64,000 bases of DNA from a virus (Duplodnaviria > Heunggongvirae > Uroviricota > Caudoviricetes). Both the position numbers and the translations under genes were made by a program. The stretch lies in IMG/VR virus record IMGVR_UViG_3300037257_000073; one strand, 5' to 3'. Below are positions 9,974-18,293 of the stretch, one piece after another; within the stretch, counting starts at the first letter, position 1, and each line of letters begins with the position of its first letter. Under the pieces are notes generated by a model. The model was not told the DNA's origin. It searched no databases and saw only the letters and a program-made list of their open reading frames with translations.

Positions 9974-10273
9974 TTACGAAGTTTCTCCAACACTTTTATC
10001 TTTAGGATTCGACGGTTTAGTCAAATTCTTTAATTCAATTACTTCTAAAGGTTCACCTGTTCCAGGAGCTTTAAAACTCTTTACAAGTTTGGCTTCTGTT
10101 ACTATAAAACATTTACTAGAATCCCAATCAAAACCAAAATTAGTTCGAAGAATAGGTTCTGATATACGACTACCCATAGAAGGATAGTCTAAAGGAATAA
10201 CAACTTCATCATCCCAATGTTGACTATTATAAGGTAATCCTCCTAAATACTCATATAATTCTCTTACTGTCAT
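9974..10273 (-). CDS. hypothetical protein
   Basis: ORF. Confidence 0.4.
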   Translation of the reverse strand: MTVRELYEYLGGLPYNSQHWDDEVVIPLDYPSMGSRISEPILRTNFGFDWDSSKCFIVTEAKLVKSFKAPGTGEPLEVIELKNLTKPSNPKDKSVGETS

Positions 10274-10536
10274 TATTCTTTGTATTTAATGTTCATTGCC
10301 TTAGCTACTTCTATGACTTTTTCAATTTTAGCTCTTATATCAGCATCTAGAGCGTCATATTCTTCTTGTGAAAGTTTAAGAGTTGTCATATGTTCTGATA
10401 ATATATTAACTGATTGACAATACAAACATATTGAAATATCACCAGGTCCAGCTTTAGTACCATCTGTACACGCTGTATTTGCATTTAATATAGCCCCACA
10501 ATTAGGACAAATATTATCACTTTGATTTTTATCCAT
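10273..10536 (-). CDS. zinc-ribbon hypothetical protein
   Basis: CPNC...CLYC. Confidence 0.4.
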   Translation of the reverse strand: MDKNQSDNICPNCGAILNANTACTDGTKAGPGDISICLYCQSVNILSEHMTTLKLSQEEYDALDADIRAKIEKVIEVAKAMNIKYKE

Positions 10537-10538
10537 AA

Positions 10539-10919
10539 TTATAAATTAAATTTATTTAATTGTCTTACTAGTTCATAATAGTGTCTTGAATTTTTATCAG
10601 GTCTATCATTAACAATTTCTCTTGCTGTTCTAGGTTTATCAGCTTTTGTAAACCTTGAACATTCCCAATCAATAATAGCTTCTTCATAATTACAATTCGT
10701 TTTATAAAATGTAATATGATGTCTATTAATCTTACGATGTATCATTTTAATTCGATGTGTTCCTATAAAAGGAATGAATAGATACATTAACACTTTATCC
10801 AAATCATGAAACTTATACTTATAATAACCTAATAACTTCTTTTCAAGTTTTAAAAAAGCTATATAATGTTTCAATGTATATGGAATATGTTTCCAACTTT
10901 TAATAATGTTTTTAATCAT
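10539..10919 (-). CDS. hypothetical protein
   Basis: ORF trimmed to an internal Met because the annotated N-terminus overlaps tRNA-Thr. Confidence 0.4.
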   Translation of the reverse strand: MIKNIIKSWKHIPYTLKHYIAFLKLEKKLLGYYKYKFHDLDKVLMYLFIPFIGTHRIKMIHRKINRHHITFYKTNCNYEEAIIDWECSRFTKADKPRTAREIVNDRPDKNSRHYYELVRQLNKFNL

Positions 10920-10936
10920 CTCTTTATTTTTAATAG

Positions 10937-11008
10937 AGCCCAAGGTCGGGGTCAAACCGACGACAAATGGTTTACAATACCATTGCTCTATCACTGAGCT
11001 ACTCGGGC
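10937..11008 (-). tRNA. tRNA-Thr(TGT)
   Basis: anticodon arm ATGGT-ATTGTAA-ACCAT. Confidence 0.65.
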
Positions 11009-11278
11009 GTGGTGGGAGGGCTCTTTTTTAAGTAGTGCTATCCCATGTTCTACTATCGCAATTTCGGTAATGCGACCCACCAGGACATCTACTCATCGAG
11101 CAGCGTCATTTATCCAGCCCATGTTGGAAGTTGACCAAATAATAATAATATTAAAAATGTTACAAAAACAACTCCTAATGCAGCTGTTATTCTCATTTCA
11201 TTTTGTTCAGCCCATTCAGTTGCATGTCGTGGTGTTGCAAAGAACGTCCACTTTAGTTTTTTATACAGAGTCATAATT

Positions 11279-11476
11279 TTAATTTAAAATGTAAGCAATA
11301 ATTCCAAATATAGCTAATGCTAATGTTAATATTGATGTAAATCTAAGAAATACTGCAATATTATACGTTATTTTATCCTTCTCTTCTTTAACAGTAGAAA
11401 GATCTGCTAAACCTGTAATAAGTAACAATGTTCCAGGTAATGTAAGAATTGAAAGTACTAATAATAATTTATCCAT
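11279..11476 (-). CDS. small hydrophobic protein
   Basis: 65 aa, two TM-like segments. Confidence 0.3.
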   Translation of the reverse strand: MDKLLLVLSILTLPGTLLLITGLADLSTVKEEKDKITYNIAVFLRFTSILTLALAIFGIIAYILN

Positions 11477-11494
11477 TTTATTTTGTTTAGTTTG

Positions 11495-11567
11495 TCACGA
11501 TGAAGAGATTTGAACTCCTGACCCGTCCTGCATGAAAGGACTACTCTACCAACTGAGCTACATCGTG
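11495..11567 (-). tRNA. tRNA-Met(CAT) elongator type, or possibly tRNA-Ile2
   Basis: acceptor CACGATG/CATCGTG; loop TTCATGC; C1-G72 is paired. Confidence 0.6.
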
Positions 11568-11643
11568 TGAAAAGTATTATTGGTGAACGCAAGTGCCACT
11601 CCTTATTTTTATCTTGCTTATTGTCTAAAGACTAATACTTTAG

Positions 11644-11727
11644 TGGGATGTGGTGGAGTCAAACCACCCGAGTCCGAAGACACCTAAGTTACAGTCAGGC
11701 CCGCTATAAGCTACGGTATAACATCCC
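11644..11727 (-). tRNA. tRNA-Tyr(GTA), type II
   Basis: loop CTGTAAC; variable-arm hairpin GTC-TTCG-GAC. Confidence 0.6.
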
Positions 11728-11732
11728 ATTTT

Positions 11733-12677
11733 TCATACATTATGTACAATTATTTGTAAATCAGCAAATTGTGTGATTAACTTCTTATGACCATTAATAA
11801 AATCTCTAGCTGACATAACCTTTTTATTAGGTAATTGTAATGAAACAATCTGAAGACTACTTTTATTACAATTTATAAAAAGTTTATTATTTTCAACACA
11901 AATTAATTCTCCATCTAAGAAATCACCTTTAACACGTCCAGTATACATACATGCATCTTTAATTTTAACTTCAGTATTGTTATCTGGTAAATAAAAGAAT
12001 ACTCCGTGATTCGATTCATATGCCTTCATTTTTGCATATACATCATCAACATTTTTATTAAAATCAAGTAAACAATCATCTTTAGTTATTTTACAACAAT
12101 ATGTAGCTTCACTTTCTATCTGTGGTCTTAAAATAACTCCACGAGTATATTTAGTGATTGTTAGAAGAATATTTTCAGCAGCTAAGTTTGATAATTGATC
12201 AAGAAGCATAATATATCCCATTCCTACAGGTAGATACATTTTACGTTGAGTAATAATACTTCCAGCATCTACAGCAGCATTCATTTTAATAAATGTAACT
12301 CCTGTTTCAGAATCTCTATTCAAAATAGCAGCTTGAATACAAGAAGCACCTCTATACTTCGGTAATAATGAACCATGAATATTAATTGCACCATATTTAG
12401 CAGAATCAAGTATTTTCATTTTAATTATTTGTCCATAAGATGCAACAACAATTAAATCAAAATCAGTACTAATTATACGATGTTCAAGTTCATTAATATC
12501 ATTAGCAGTATATACTAAACAACCTAAAGCTTTACCAGCAATATAAATAGGTGTATTTTGTACTACTCTACCGAAACGTCGTGGTGGTGTTGTTATAACT
12601 GTAACTTGATAAATTTCATGTAATTTTTTTAATGCTGGAACTCCAAAAATTCCATTACCAATAAATAATATCTTCAT
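11733..12677 (-). CDS. fmt: methionyl-tRNA formyltransferase
   Basis: N-terminal MKILFIGNG..FGVP and the formyltransferase signature NIHGSLLPKYRGASCIQ; 314 aa with a C-terminal domain; the ORF ends on TGA. Confidence 0.8.
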   Translation of the reverse strand: MKILFIGNGIFGVPALKKLHEIYQVTVITTPPRRFGRVVQNTPIYIAGKALGCLVYTANDINELEHRIISTDFDLIVVASYGQIIKMKILDSAKYGAINIHGSLLPKYRGASCIQAAILNRDSETGVTFIKMNAAVDAGSIITQRKMYLPVGMGYIMLLDQLSNLAAENILLTITKYTRGVILRPQIESEATYCCKITKDDCLLDFNKNVDDVYAKMKAYESNHGVFFYLPDNNTEVKIKDACMYTGRVKGDFLDGELICVENNKLFINCNKSSLQIVSLQLPNKKVMSARDFINGHKKLITQFADLQIIVHNV

Positions 12678-12696
12678 CTGTTTATGTTTTAATTTG

Positions 12697-12782
12697 CGGA
12701 AATGTAGGATTCCAACTCCTATTCGCCTAAACGAACGCTTTGCTTAGCAGGCAAGCCTTACTTCTCGTAAGTTACTATTTCC
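12697..12782 (-). tRNA. tRNA-Ser(GCT)-like, type II
   Basis: loop CTGCTAA; long variable arm; atypical D-arm. Confidence 0.5.
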
Positions 12783-12795
12783 AGTTTAATTATTG

Positions 12796-12885
12796 TGGAA
12801 GAAGTGGGATTCCGACCCACGCACCGCTTTTACACGATCTAACGATTTTCAAGACCGTCCTCTTAAAGCACTTGAGTACTCTTCC
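12796..12885 (-). tRNA. tRNA-Ser(TGA), type II
   Basis: anticodon arm ACGGT-CTTGAAA-ATCGT; 3-bp D-stem; long variable arm. Confidence 0.6.
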
Positions 12886-12892
12886 ATTTAAT

Positions 12893-13093
12893 TTATTGAT
12901 TTGATTTTAAATAATTCTCATAAATAAGTTTAGATTCTTCTGTAAGAAAATTCTTATTAATCGGTTTGTGATTTAGATTAAAAGGAAATAATTTACCACA
13001 TTCGGTACACCAACTAATTCCCCAATTATTAATTCTAGGAACACATCCTAATTTTACACATTTAGCTGCCATCTTAATTGTTATTTTCGTCAA
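12893..13093 (-). CDS. zinc-ribbon hypothetical protein
   Basis: CVKLGC...CTEC. Confidence 0.35.
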   Translation of the reverse strand: MTKITIKMAAKCVKLGCVPRINNWGISWCTECGKLFPFNLNHKPINKNFLTEESKLIYENYLKSNQ

Positions 13094-13508
13094 ATATTCC
13101 TTTTAAATACCAATAATCTTCACATTTTTTAGAATATGATTTACATTCATTTTCAATATGTCTCCAATTCTTTCTTACAAAAGAAGTTTCTTCATATTTA
13201 AAATAAGTTTTACCATCTATATAACTCTCGGGTTGTAAAAATCTAAATCCTTCAACTTCTATTTCTTTACGTTCAAAATTATATTTAGGTTTATCAGGAA
13301 AAATCGGAGGAGTTATAATCTGATTCCAACTTTTAGCTGAATGTTCTTTACGTCGACCATATTGAAAAGTGTAAGGATTATAATAATTCTTACTATTCCA
13401 TCGTTTGTCATATCTTTCACATACTGAAAGTTGAATCATTGCAGTTTTATGAACATTAGGGCCATTTAATTTAACTCCTATTCTTTTTAAATAATCTAAA
13501 CATTTCAT
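13074..13508 (-). CDS. hypothetical protein
   Basis: ORF. Confidence 0.4.
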   Translation of the reverse strand: MKCLDYLKRIGVKLNGPNVHKTAMIQLSVCERYDKRWNSKNYYNPYTFQYGRRKEHSAKSWNQIITPPIFPDKPKYNFERKEIEVEGFRFLQPESYIDGKTYFKYEETSFVRKNWRHIENECKSYSKKCEDYWYLKGIFDENNN

Positions 13509-13528
13509 TTTATCTATTTTTATATTTG

Positions 13529-13611
13529 TACTCGAGGTCGGACTCGAACCGACACATCTTTCGACATATGCTCCTAAGGCATACGCGTATTAACCATTTC
13601 GCCACTCAAGC
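13529..13611 (-). tRNA. tRNA-Leu(TAG), type II
   Basis: anticodon arm TATGC-CTTAGGA-GCATA. Confidence 0.6.
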
Positions 13612-13616
13612 ATTTG

Positions 13617-13697
13617 CACATCAGGTAGGATTTGAACCCACGAACCTTTCGGATTAGTTTTGGAGACTAACTACTTTAACCGCTTGTATACTGACAT
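13617..13697 (-). tRNA. tRNA-Trp(CCA)
   Basis: anticodon arm TTAGT-CTCCAAA-ACTAA. Confidence 0.55.
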
Positions 13698-13703
13698 ATT
13701 TGC

Positions 13704-13782
13704 TCCCCCAAGGAGGACTCGAACCCACATGTCTCTCGACATATTCCGAAGAATACGCGTCTGCCAATTACGCCATTGGGGA
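13704..13782 (-). other. aberrant tRNA-like element without a decodable anticodon loop
   Basis: good acceptor, D-arm and T-arm, but the anticodon region is two tetraloop hairpins (CGTATTC-TTCG-GAATATG and ATGTC-GAGA-GACAT). Confidence 0.4.
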
Positions 13783-13788
13783 ATTTAG

Positions 13789-13877
13789 TGGGGGCGGAGG
13801 GCTTCGAACCCCCATGTCTCACGACCGCTATGGTCTAACCTATATTTAGCTGCGGCTACCAATTTCGCCACACCCCC
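13789..13877 (-). other. aberrant type-II tRNA-like element (anticodon loop ATATAGG)
   Basis: acceptor GGGGGTG/CGCCCCC, Leu-like D-arm, 4-bp anticodon stem CTAA/TTAG, ~20-nt variable arm. Confidence 0.4.
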
Positions 13878-13893
13878 GATTGTTTTTTTTTTG

Positions 13894-13966
13894 TGATCTG
13901 ACTGGGATTTGAACCCAGAACCCCCGCCTTAAAAGGGCGATGCTCTACCAGTTGAGCTATCAGATC
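13894..13966 (-). tRNA. tRNA-Lys(TTT)
   Basis: perfect acceptor GATCTGA/TCAGATC; loop CTTTTAA. Confidence 0.7.
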
Positions 13967-13975
13967 TTGTAAATA

Positions 13976-14040
13976 ACCACTTGGTTGTAGCGACACTACC
14001 AAGTGGTTTGTTGCCGAAACAACAACGGTCCTAAACCGTA
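13976..14040 (-). ncRNA. three consecutive hairpins in the tRNA-Phe/tRNA-Lys spacer
   Basis: ACCACTTGGT/ACCAAGTGGT (10 bp), TTGTTG/CAACAA (6 bp), ACGGT/ACCGT (5 bp). Confidence 0.35.
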
Positions 14041-14042
14041 AG

Positions 14043-14115
14043 TGGACTCTGTTGGTTTTGATCCAACCTCTCATGCTCTTCAGGCATACGCTTTCACCAG
14101 ATTAGCTTAGAGTCC
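14043..14115 (-). tRNA. tRNA-Phe(GAA)
   Basis: acceptor GGACTCT/AGAGTCC; loop CTGAAGA. Confidence 0.65.
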
Positions 14116-14120
14116 TTAAA

Positions 14121-14900
14121 TTATATTTTATCCCATTCATCATCAGACAAACTATTTATTTCTTTCTTTGAAGAAGGTATATTAAAATGTTTACACCATT
14201 TTCTAATAGCATTATCTGATCTATTGTATAATTTACCAATATTAATAAATGTTTCTGTGCGAACTAAAGTTTTTAAATATTCACGAGTTATACCAAGTTC
14301 ATCGTAAAAATCATTAGCTATTCGTTTAGCAGAACAACTTAAACATAAACCACTTACAGAAGAACTTGTTATAGTATTACCACAAGAATTACAATATAAT
14401 GCATCTATAACTTTATCTTTAACATTTTTACCTTTATAATTATCAGTAAAAGCATGACAGTTTGGACATAATAATTTAAGATTATTTAATTCATTATTAG
14501 TTTTAATACCATCTATGTGGTGTGTTTCTAATGGAATAGGTTCTCCCATTCATTTAGTATTATCACAACATTCACATTTATGTTCTTTTAGATTATTTTT
14601 TAATAATTTATCTCTTAACTTACTTGTTTGTGTATATGCTGAATCTTTACAAAAGATTGTATCTAAAGTGTACACATTCTTAGTTTCATTTGAAGAATTT
14701 CTTTTAAAATGAATTGTGCTAATTTGATGTTTTTTTATCTTAGTTTGAATTGTTTCATAATTACCAGCAGTTAAAGGCAACCCATAATATCTACACACAT
14801 CTGCAAAAGAATAACTTTCTTTTACAATTTTTTCTAAATTTTCTTTTGAATATTTGTTTTCCATAAATTGAACTATTATATTAATAGTACAAAGATACAA
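14121..14900 (-). CDS. HNH homing endonuclease with one in-frame TGA at 14550-14552
   Basis: two adjacent same-frame ORFs; CxxC sits upstream of the TGA and HHIDG..N..LCPNCH downstream, so the HNH motif spans the TGA. Confidence 0.6.
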
Positions 14901-14970
14901 AAAATTTTCGAAAGTGCAAAATATATTTAGTTAAATATTGTTAATAGCAGAAAGAAACCACCGAAGTGGT

Positions 14971-15507
14971 TTATTCAAATAATCCTGAAGGTGTATTATG
15001 AAATTTATTATATAAAACATCTAATGTATAGGATTCATTATCTTTATTAACAAATAATAATTCTTCATCAATTATTGTCGGAGTGTAATTCTCCTTTAAT
15101 ACTTGTAAAAATGATTTAGTTCTTGTTACTGTGCCCCCAAATCTTGGATCATCTCCATAATTAATGATATAAGTTCCTGACGATGGTGTCATACTAGCAA
15201 GAACATCATTATGAACATATTCTGATCTACCATCATGAGTTATTGTTTGACTAAATTCTTCAAGTAAACCTCTAATCATATCATTACTGATATTAAATTC
15301 ATTAGCTCCTGATATTTTATATTTATCCTCATCATTCATAGATTGACTACTCATAGTAATTGTTTGAACTTTTCCAAACAATCTACGCATGCTTTCAACA
15401 ACTCCAAAAAGAGGTCTTGGACCTCGTCCATTTAATGCATCTTCAAACCATTCTAAAGACTGCATTAATACTTTATCACCTACTTTATATCGCTCTGTAC
15501 CTCTCAT
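14971..15507 (-). CDS. tandem paralog family A, member 1
   Basis: N-terminal YKVGDKVLMQSLEWF; C-terminal NYTP..ID..YTLDVLYNKF. Confidence 0.5.
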   Translation of the reverse strand: MRGTERYKVGDKVLMQSLEWFEDALNGRGPRPLFGVVESMRRLFGKVQTITMSSQSMNDEDKYKISGANEFNISNDMIRGLLEEFSQTITHDGRSEYVHNDVLASMTPSSGTYIINYGDDPRFGGTVTRTKSFLQVLKENYTPTIIDEELLFVNKDNESYTLDVLYNKFHNTPSGLFE

Positions 15508-15862
15508 ATATTTCTTTTAAACTATATGCATCATTATTATCATTTATAAAATACAATCCACCTTCATCAATAAGTGGTGTATAATTCTTTTCTACATATT
15601 CAGGAAAAGATGAAGCTATTCCTTCAATCATATCATTACTAAAATTCCAATGACGTGGATCATCTACTAAGTGATATAAAGGTATATATGCATAACCTGC
15701 TTCATTATTTGAAATTACTTGTTCTTTACCAAAAAACTGACGCATATCATAAATTAATCCACCTTCAACAGCTACATGATTTTCCATCATTTCATCAAAC
15801 CAAGCTAATGATTTTAGTCTAACAACATCACCAATTTTATACTTCTTTAAAGAACTCATCAA
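15485..15862 (-). CDS. tandem paralog family A, member 2
   Basis: YKIGDVVRLKSLAWF ... YSLKEIYERY. Confidence 0.5.
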   Translation of the reverse strand: MMSSLKKYKIGDVVRLKSLAWFDEMMENHVAVEGGLIYDMRQFFGKEQVISNNEAGYAYIPLYHLVDDPRHWNFSNDMIEGIASSFPEYVEKNYTPLIDEGGLYFINDNNDAYSLKEIYERYRAI

Positions 15863-16295
15863 ATATTTCTTTTAAAGTAAATGAATTATTATCTTTATCA
15901 GTAAATGTTAAAGTTTCACCATCAAGAAATGGAGTATAATTCTTTTCAAGATGTTCAGGAAATTTATTTGGAGTAATAACATCCCATGAATATTGATCAG
16001 GATCAATTATATTTTCATGTCTATGTATTAATTCAGAAGTTTTTATATTATCAATCATTTGATCAGTATACGTATATTCATTATCACTACCACCACTGCA
16101 ACCTGCTAAAACATATCCACAATAATTTGTATCAACATGAGTAATAACTTGAATTGTTCCAAAATAAGGTCTCATATCACTAGCTAAACCTAATCTAACA
16201 TCACCTCTATCGTCATGTACATCAAACCAATCTTTAGATTTCAAATGTACACATTGTCCTACTTTATACTTAACTGTTGGTAGTGAATCTCTCAT
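15837..16295 (-). CDS. tandem paralog family A, member 3
   Basis: YKVGQCVHLKSKDWF ... FTLKEIFDEF. Confidence 0.5.
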   Translation of the reverse strand: MRDSLPTVKYKVGQCVHLKSKDWFDVHDDRGDVRLGLASDMRPYFGTIQVITHVDTNYCGYVLAGCSGGSDNEYTYTDQMIDNIKTSELIHRHENIIDPDQYSWDVITPNKFPEHLEKNYTPFLDGETLTFTDKDNNSFTLKEIFDEFFKEV

Positions 16296-16839
16296 ATAAC
16301 TGTGTTAAAGTAAATGAATTATTTTCATTATCTGTATAAGTTACAACTCCATCATAAGCAAATGGAACAAACTTCTCAACATATTGTATAAATGCTTTAA
16401 CGTGAATTGAAAGACTGTTTGAAAAACCTAATAATCCACTAAAATCAGTAGTACCTCTCATTCTACCTCTCAATTCTTGTAATGAAAGTTGTTCATACAT
16501 ACTTAAAGCACTTGACATACTTGAAGTACCTGAAGTTAAACTAGATCCTATGGTATTATACATACTTACTAATCTATCATATCCATTAGTTGTAATTGGC
16601 ATATCATAATACTTATCAACCATATCTATTGAGAAATACCAACCTTTAGAATCACTTTCAATATTAAATAATTCAACACCTCTTAATTGAGATCCTCCAA
16701 TTTTTACAGATTTTATAATATGTTCTTTACCAAAATATTGTTCCATATCATTAGTCAATATTGGCAAGAAATCTGCTTTTTTCTCATCATACCATTCTTT
16801 AGGTTTTAATAAAACCTTCATTCCTTGTTTTAAAATCAT
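16270..16839 (-). CDS. tandem paralog family A, member 4
   Basis: MKVLLKPKEWY ... FTLTQLYERF. Confidence 0.5.
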   Translation of the reverse strand: MILKQGMKVLLKPKEWYDEKKADFLPILTNDMEQYFGKEHIIKSVKIGGSQLRGVELFNIESDSKGWYFSIDMVDKYYDMPITTNGYDRLVSMYNTIGSSLTSGTSSMSSALSMYEQLSLQELRGRMRGTTDFSGLLGFSNSLSIHVKAFIQYVEKFVPFAYDGVVTYTDNENNSFTLTQLYERFTTNS

Positions 16840-16892
16840 TTTCCATCTTCATTTAACTTGGGTAATCATCCCAATTTTACCTAATTTATTTG

Positions 16893-16964
16893 TAAGAGCA
16901 GAGAGAATTGAACTCCCGACATCTTCCATGTAAGGGAAGCGTTCCACCACTGAACTATGCTCTC
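16893..16964 (-). tRNA. tRNA-Val(TAC)
   Basis: anticodon arm CTTCC-CTTACAT-GGAAG. Confidence 0.65.
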
Positions 16965-17022
16965 GGTTGTATTGTAGACAGTACTATCTTGTAGAACCAA
17001 TACTAATTTTATATCTACTTTG

Positions 17023-17096
17023 TGTTCACAACAGGACTTGAACCTGTGACCCCCAACTTATCAGGCTGGTGCTCTAACCAACTGAGCTACGCAAAC
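17023..17096 (-). tRNA. tRNA-Ile(GAT)
   Basis: loop CTGATAA. Confidence 0.6.
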
Positions 17097-17188
17097 AGTT
17101 AAACAGTAACTATTCTTAGACTTTCGACATCCTTAATAGCTTTCCAATGATAACTAATTGCTGTTTACCAATTAGCTTCTTCGAAGAG

Positions 17189-17262
17189 TGGAATCTGTGG
17201 GTTTCGAACCCACCACCTATTGCTTGCAAAGCAATCGCTCTAGCCAAATGAGCTAAGACCCC
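17189..17262 (-). tRNA. tRNA-Ala(TGC)
   Basis: anticodon arm ATTGC-TTTGCAA-GCAAT; G3:U70 wobble present. Confidence 0.65.
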
Positions 17263-17427
17263 GATTTAAAGTTTTTTGTGCCACGGTGATTGTATGCCAA
17301 ACTGGTAAAAACTTAATAATACCCATGCGCCAAATACGATGCGCGAGACAAGTATGCATAAACTATCAAACTTTCGTTATTAAGTTCCTAGGCCTTCTCA
17401 ATCTACGTTCAGTTGTTCCTACTGGTT

Positions 17428-17643
17428 TTATTTAATTATTTCAAGTTCTTCTGGAGAATAACCATATCTTAATTTAGAAGGTAACCATCTAACATTCCAT
17501 TCATCACCTTCACCATCAGGATATACTAAATCTTCAACTATACCTATACACTTTCCAAATTCATCAACATGATCTTTACAATCATTTGCAATTAATCCTC
17601 TTTTAAAGGATTTAGTCATTTTAACTATATCTCCTGATTTCAT
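17428..17643 (-). CDS. hypothetical protein
   Basis: ORF trimmed to avoid tRNA-Cys. Confidence 0.3.
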   Translation of the reverse strand: MKSGDIVKMTKSFKRGLIANDCKDHVDEFGKCIGIVEDLVYPDGEGDEWNVRWLPSKLRYGYSPEELEIIK

Positions 17644-17659
17644 AATTTTATTTATTTTG

Positions 17660-17731
17660 AGCCCATACCAAGATTCGAACTTGGGCGTGCGATTTTTGCA
17701 GAATCGAATGTTAACCACTTCACCATACGGG
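17660..17731 (-). tRNA. tRNA-Cys(GCA)
   Basis: anticodon arm CGATT-CTGCAAA-AATCG. Confidence 0.65.
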
Positions 17732-17732
17732 C

Positions 17733-18212
17733 TTATCTATTATTAATAATATTACTAATGGTTCCTTTACTACTAATATTATATTTTTCCATAATTTCTT
17801 TATAAGTATGCCCTAAATTTCGGTATGCTTTAATTTCTAAAACTAATTCATCAGAATATTTTTTATTAGCATTAGATGCAATTCTAATTCTTTCTTCTTT
17901 AGGTTTATCCATCATATTATCACTATATGATCCAATTTCAATATTATCCCAAGAATTATTTAATCCGTTACCATCTAAATGTCTAACTACTATATCTTCG
18001 TTAAAAATAATTTCTCCAAATTTTTGATATGCTTGTAATCTATGTACTTTAACTGGAATATGTTTTTCATTTAATCTAATATTAAATTTTTTATAATTTT
18101 TATTATAAATAGTTCCTGTTAAAATTTTTTCTTTAGGATTTAAAATATCACCATTTATAGTTATTTTATATCCTTTTTCAATTGCTAATAATTCATTTTT
18201 ACTTCTTTCCAT
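17733..18212 (-). CDS. HNH homing endonuclease with a C-terminal HTH
   Basis: VRHLDGNGLNNSWDNIEIGS plus C-terminal ...YKEIMEKYNISSKGTISNI; start moved to an internal Met to avoid the tRNA-like element. Confidence 0.6.
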   Translation of the reverse strand: MERSKNELLAIEKGYKITINGDILNPKEKILTGTIYNKNYKKFNIRLNEKHIPVKVHRLQAYQKFGEIIFNEDIVVRHLDGNGLNNSWDNIEIGSYSDNMMDKPKEERIRIASNANKKYSDELVLEIKAYRNLGHTYKEIMEKYNISSKGTISNIINNR

Positions 18213-18216
18213 ATTG

Positions 18217-18293
18217 TACCTACTCCTGGGATTGAACCAGGCTGTCACCAAATAACCTTTCAACAAGATATAAGCTTGAGGGTATAAGTAGGC
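18217..18293 (-). other. degenerate tRNA-like element
   Basis: perfect T-arm CCTGG-TTCAATC-CCAGG and acceptor GCCTACT/AGTAGGT, but no canonical D or anticodon arm. Confidence 0.35.

Noticed and set aside
9855-10187. 110-aa plus-strand ORF
   Set aside because: It runs through tRNA-His and tRNA-Gly antisense and has no support.
13704-13782. tRNA-Sec (UCA) as the missing opal suppressor
   Set aside because: There is no 8/5 acceptor and T geometry, no 6-bp D-stem, and no TCA in any loop.
13856-14074. 72-aa minus-strand ORF
   Set aside because: It spans tRNA-Lys and the three-hairpin spacer, so it is spurious.
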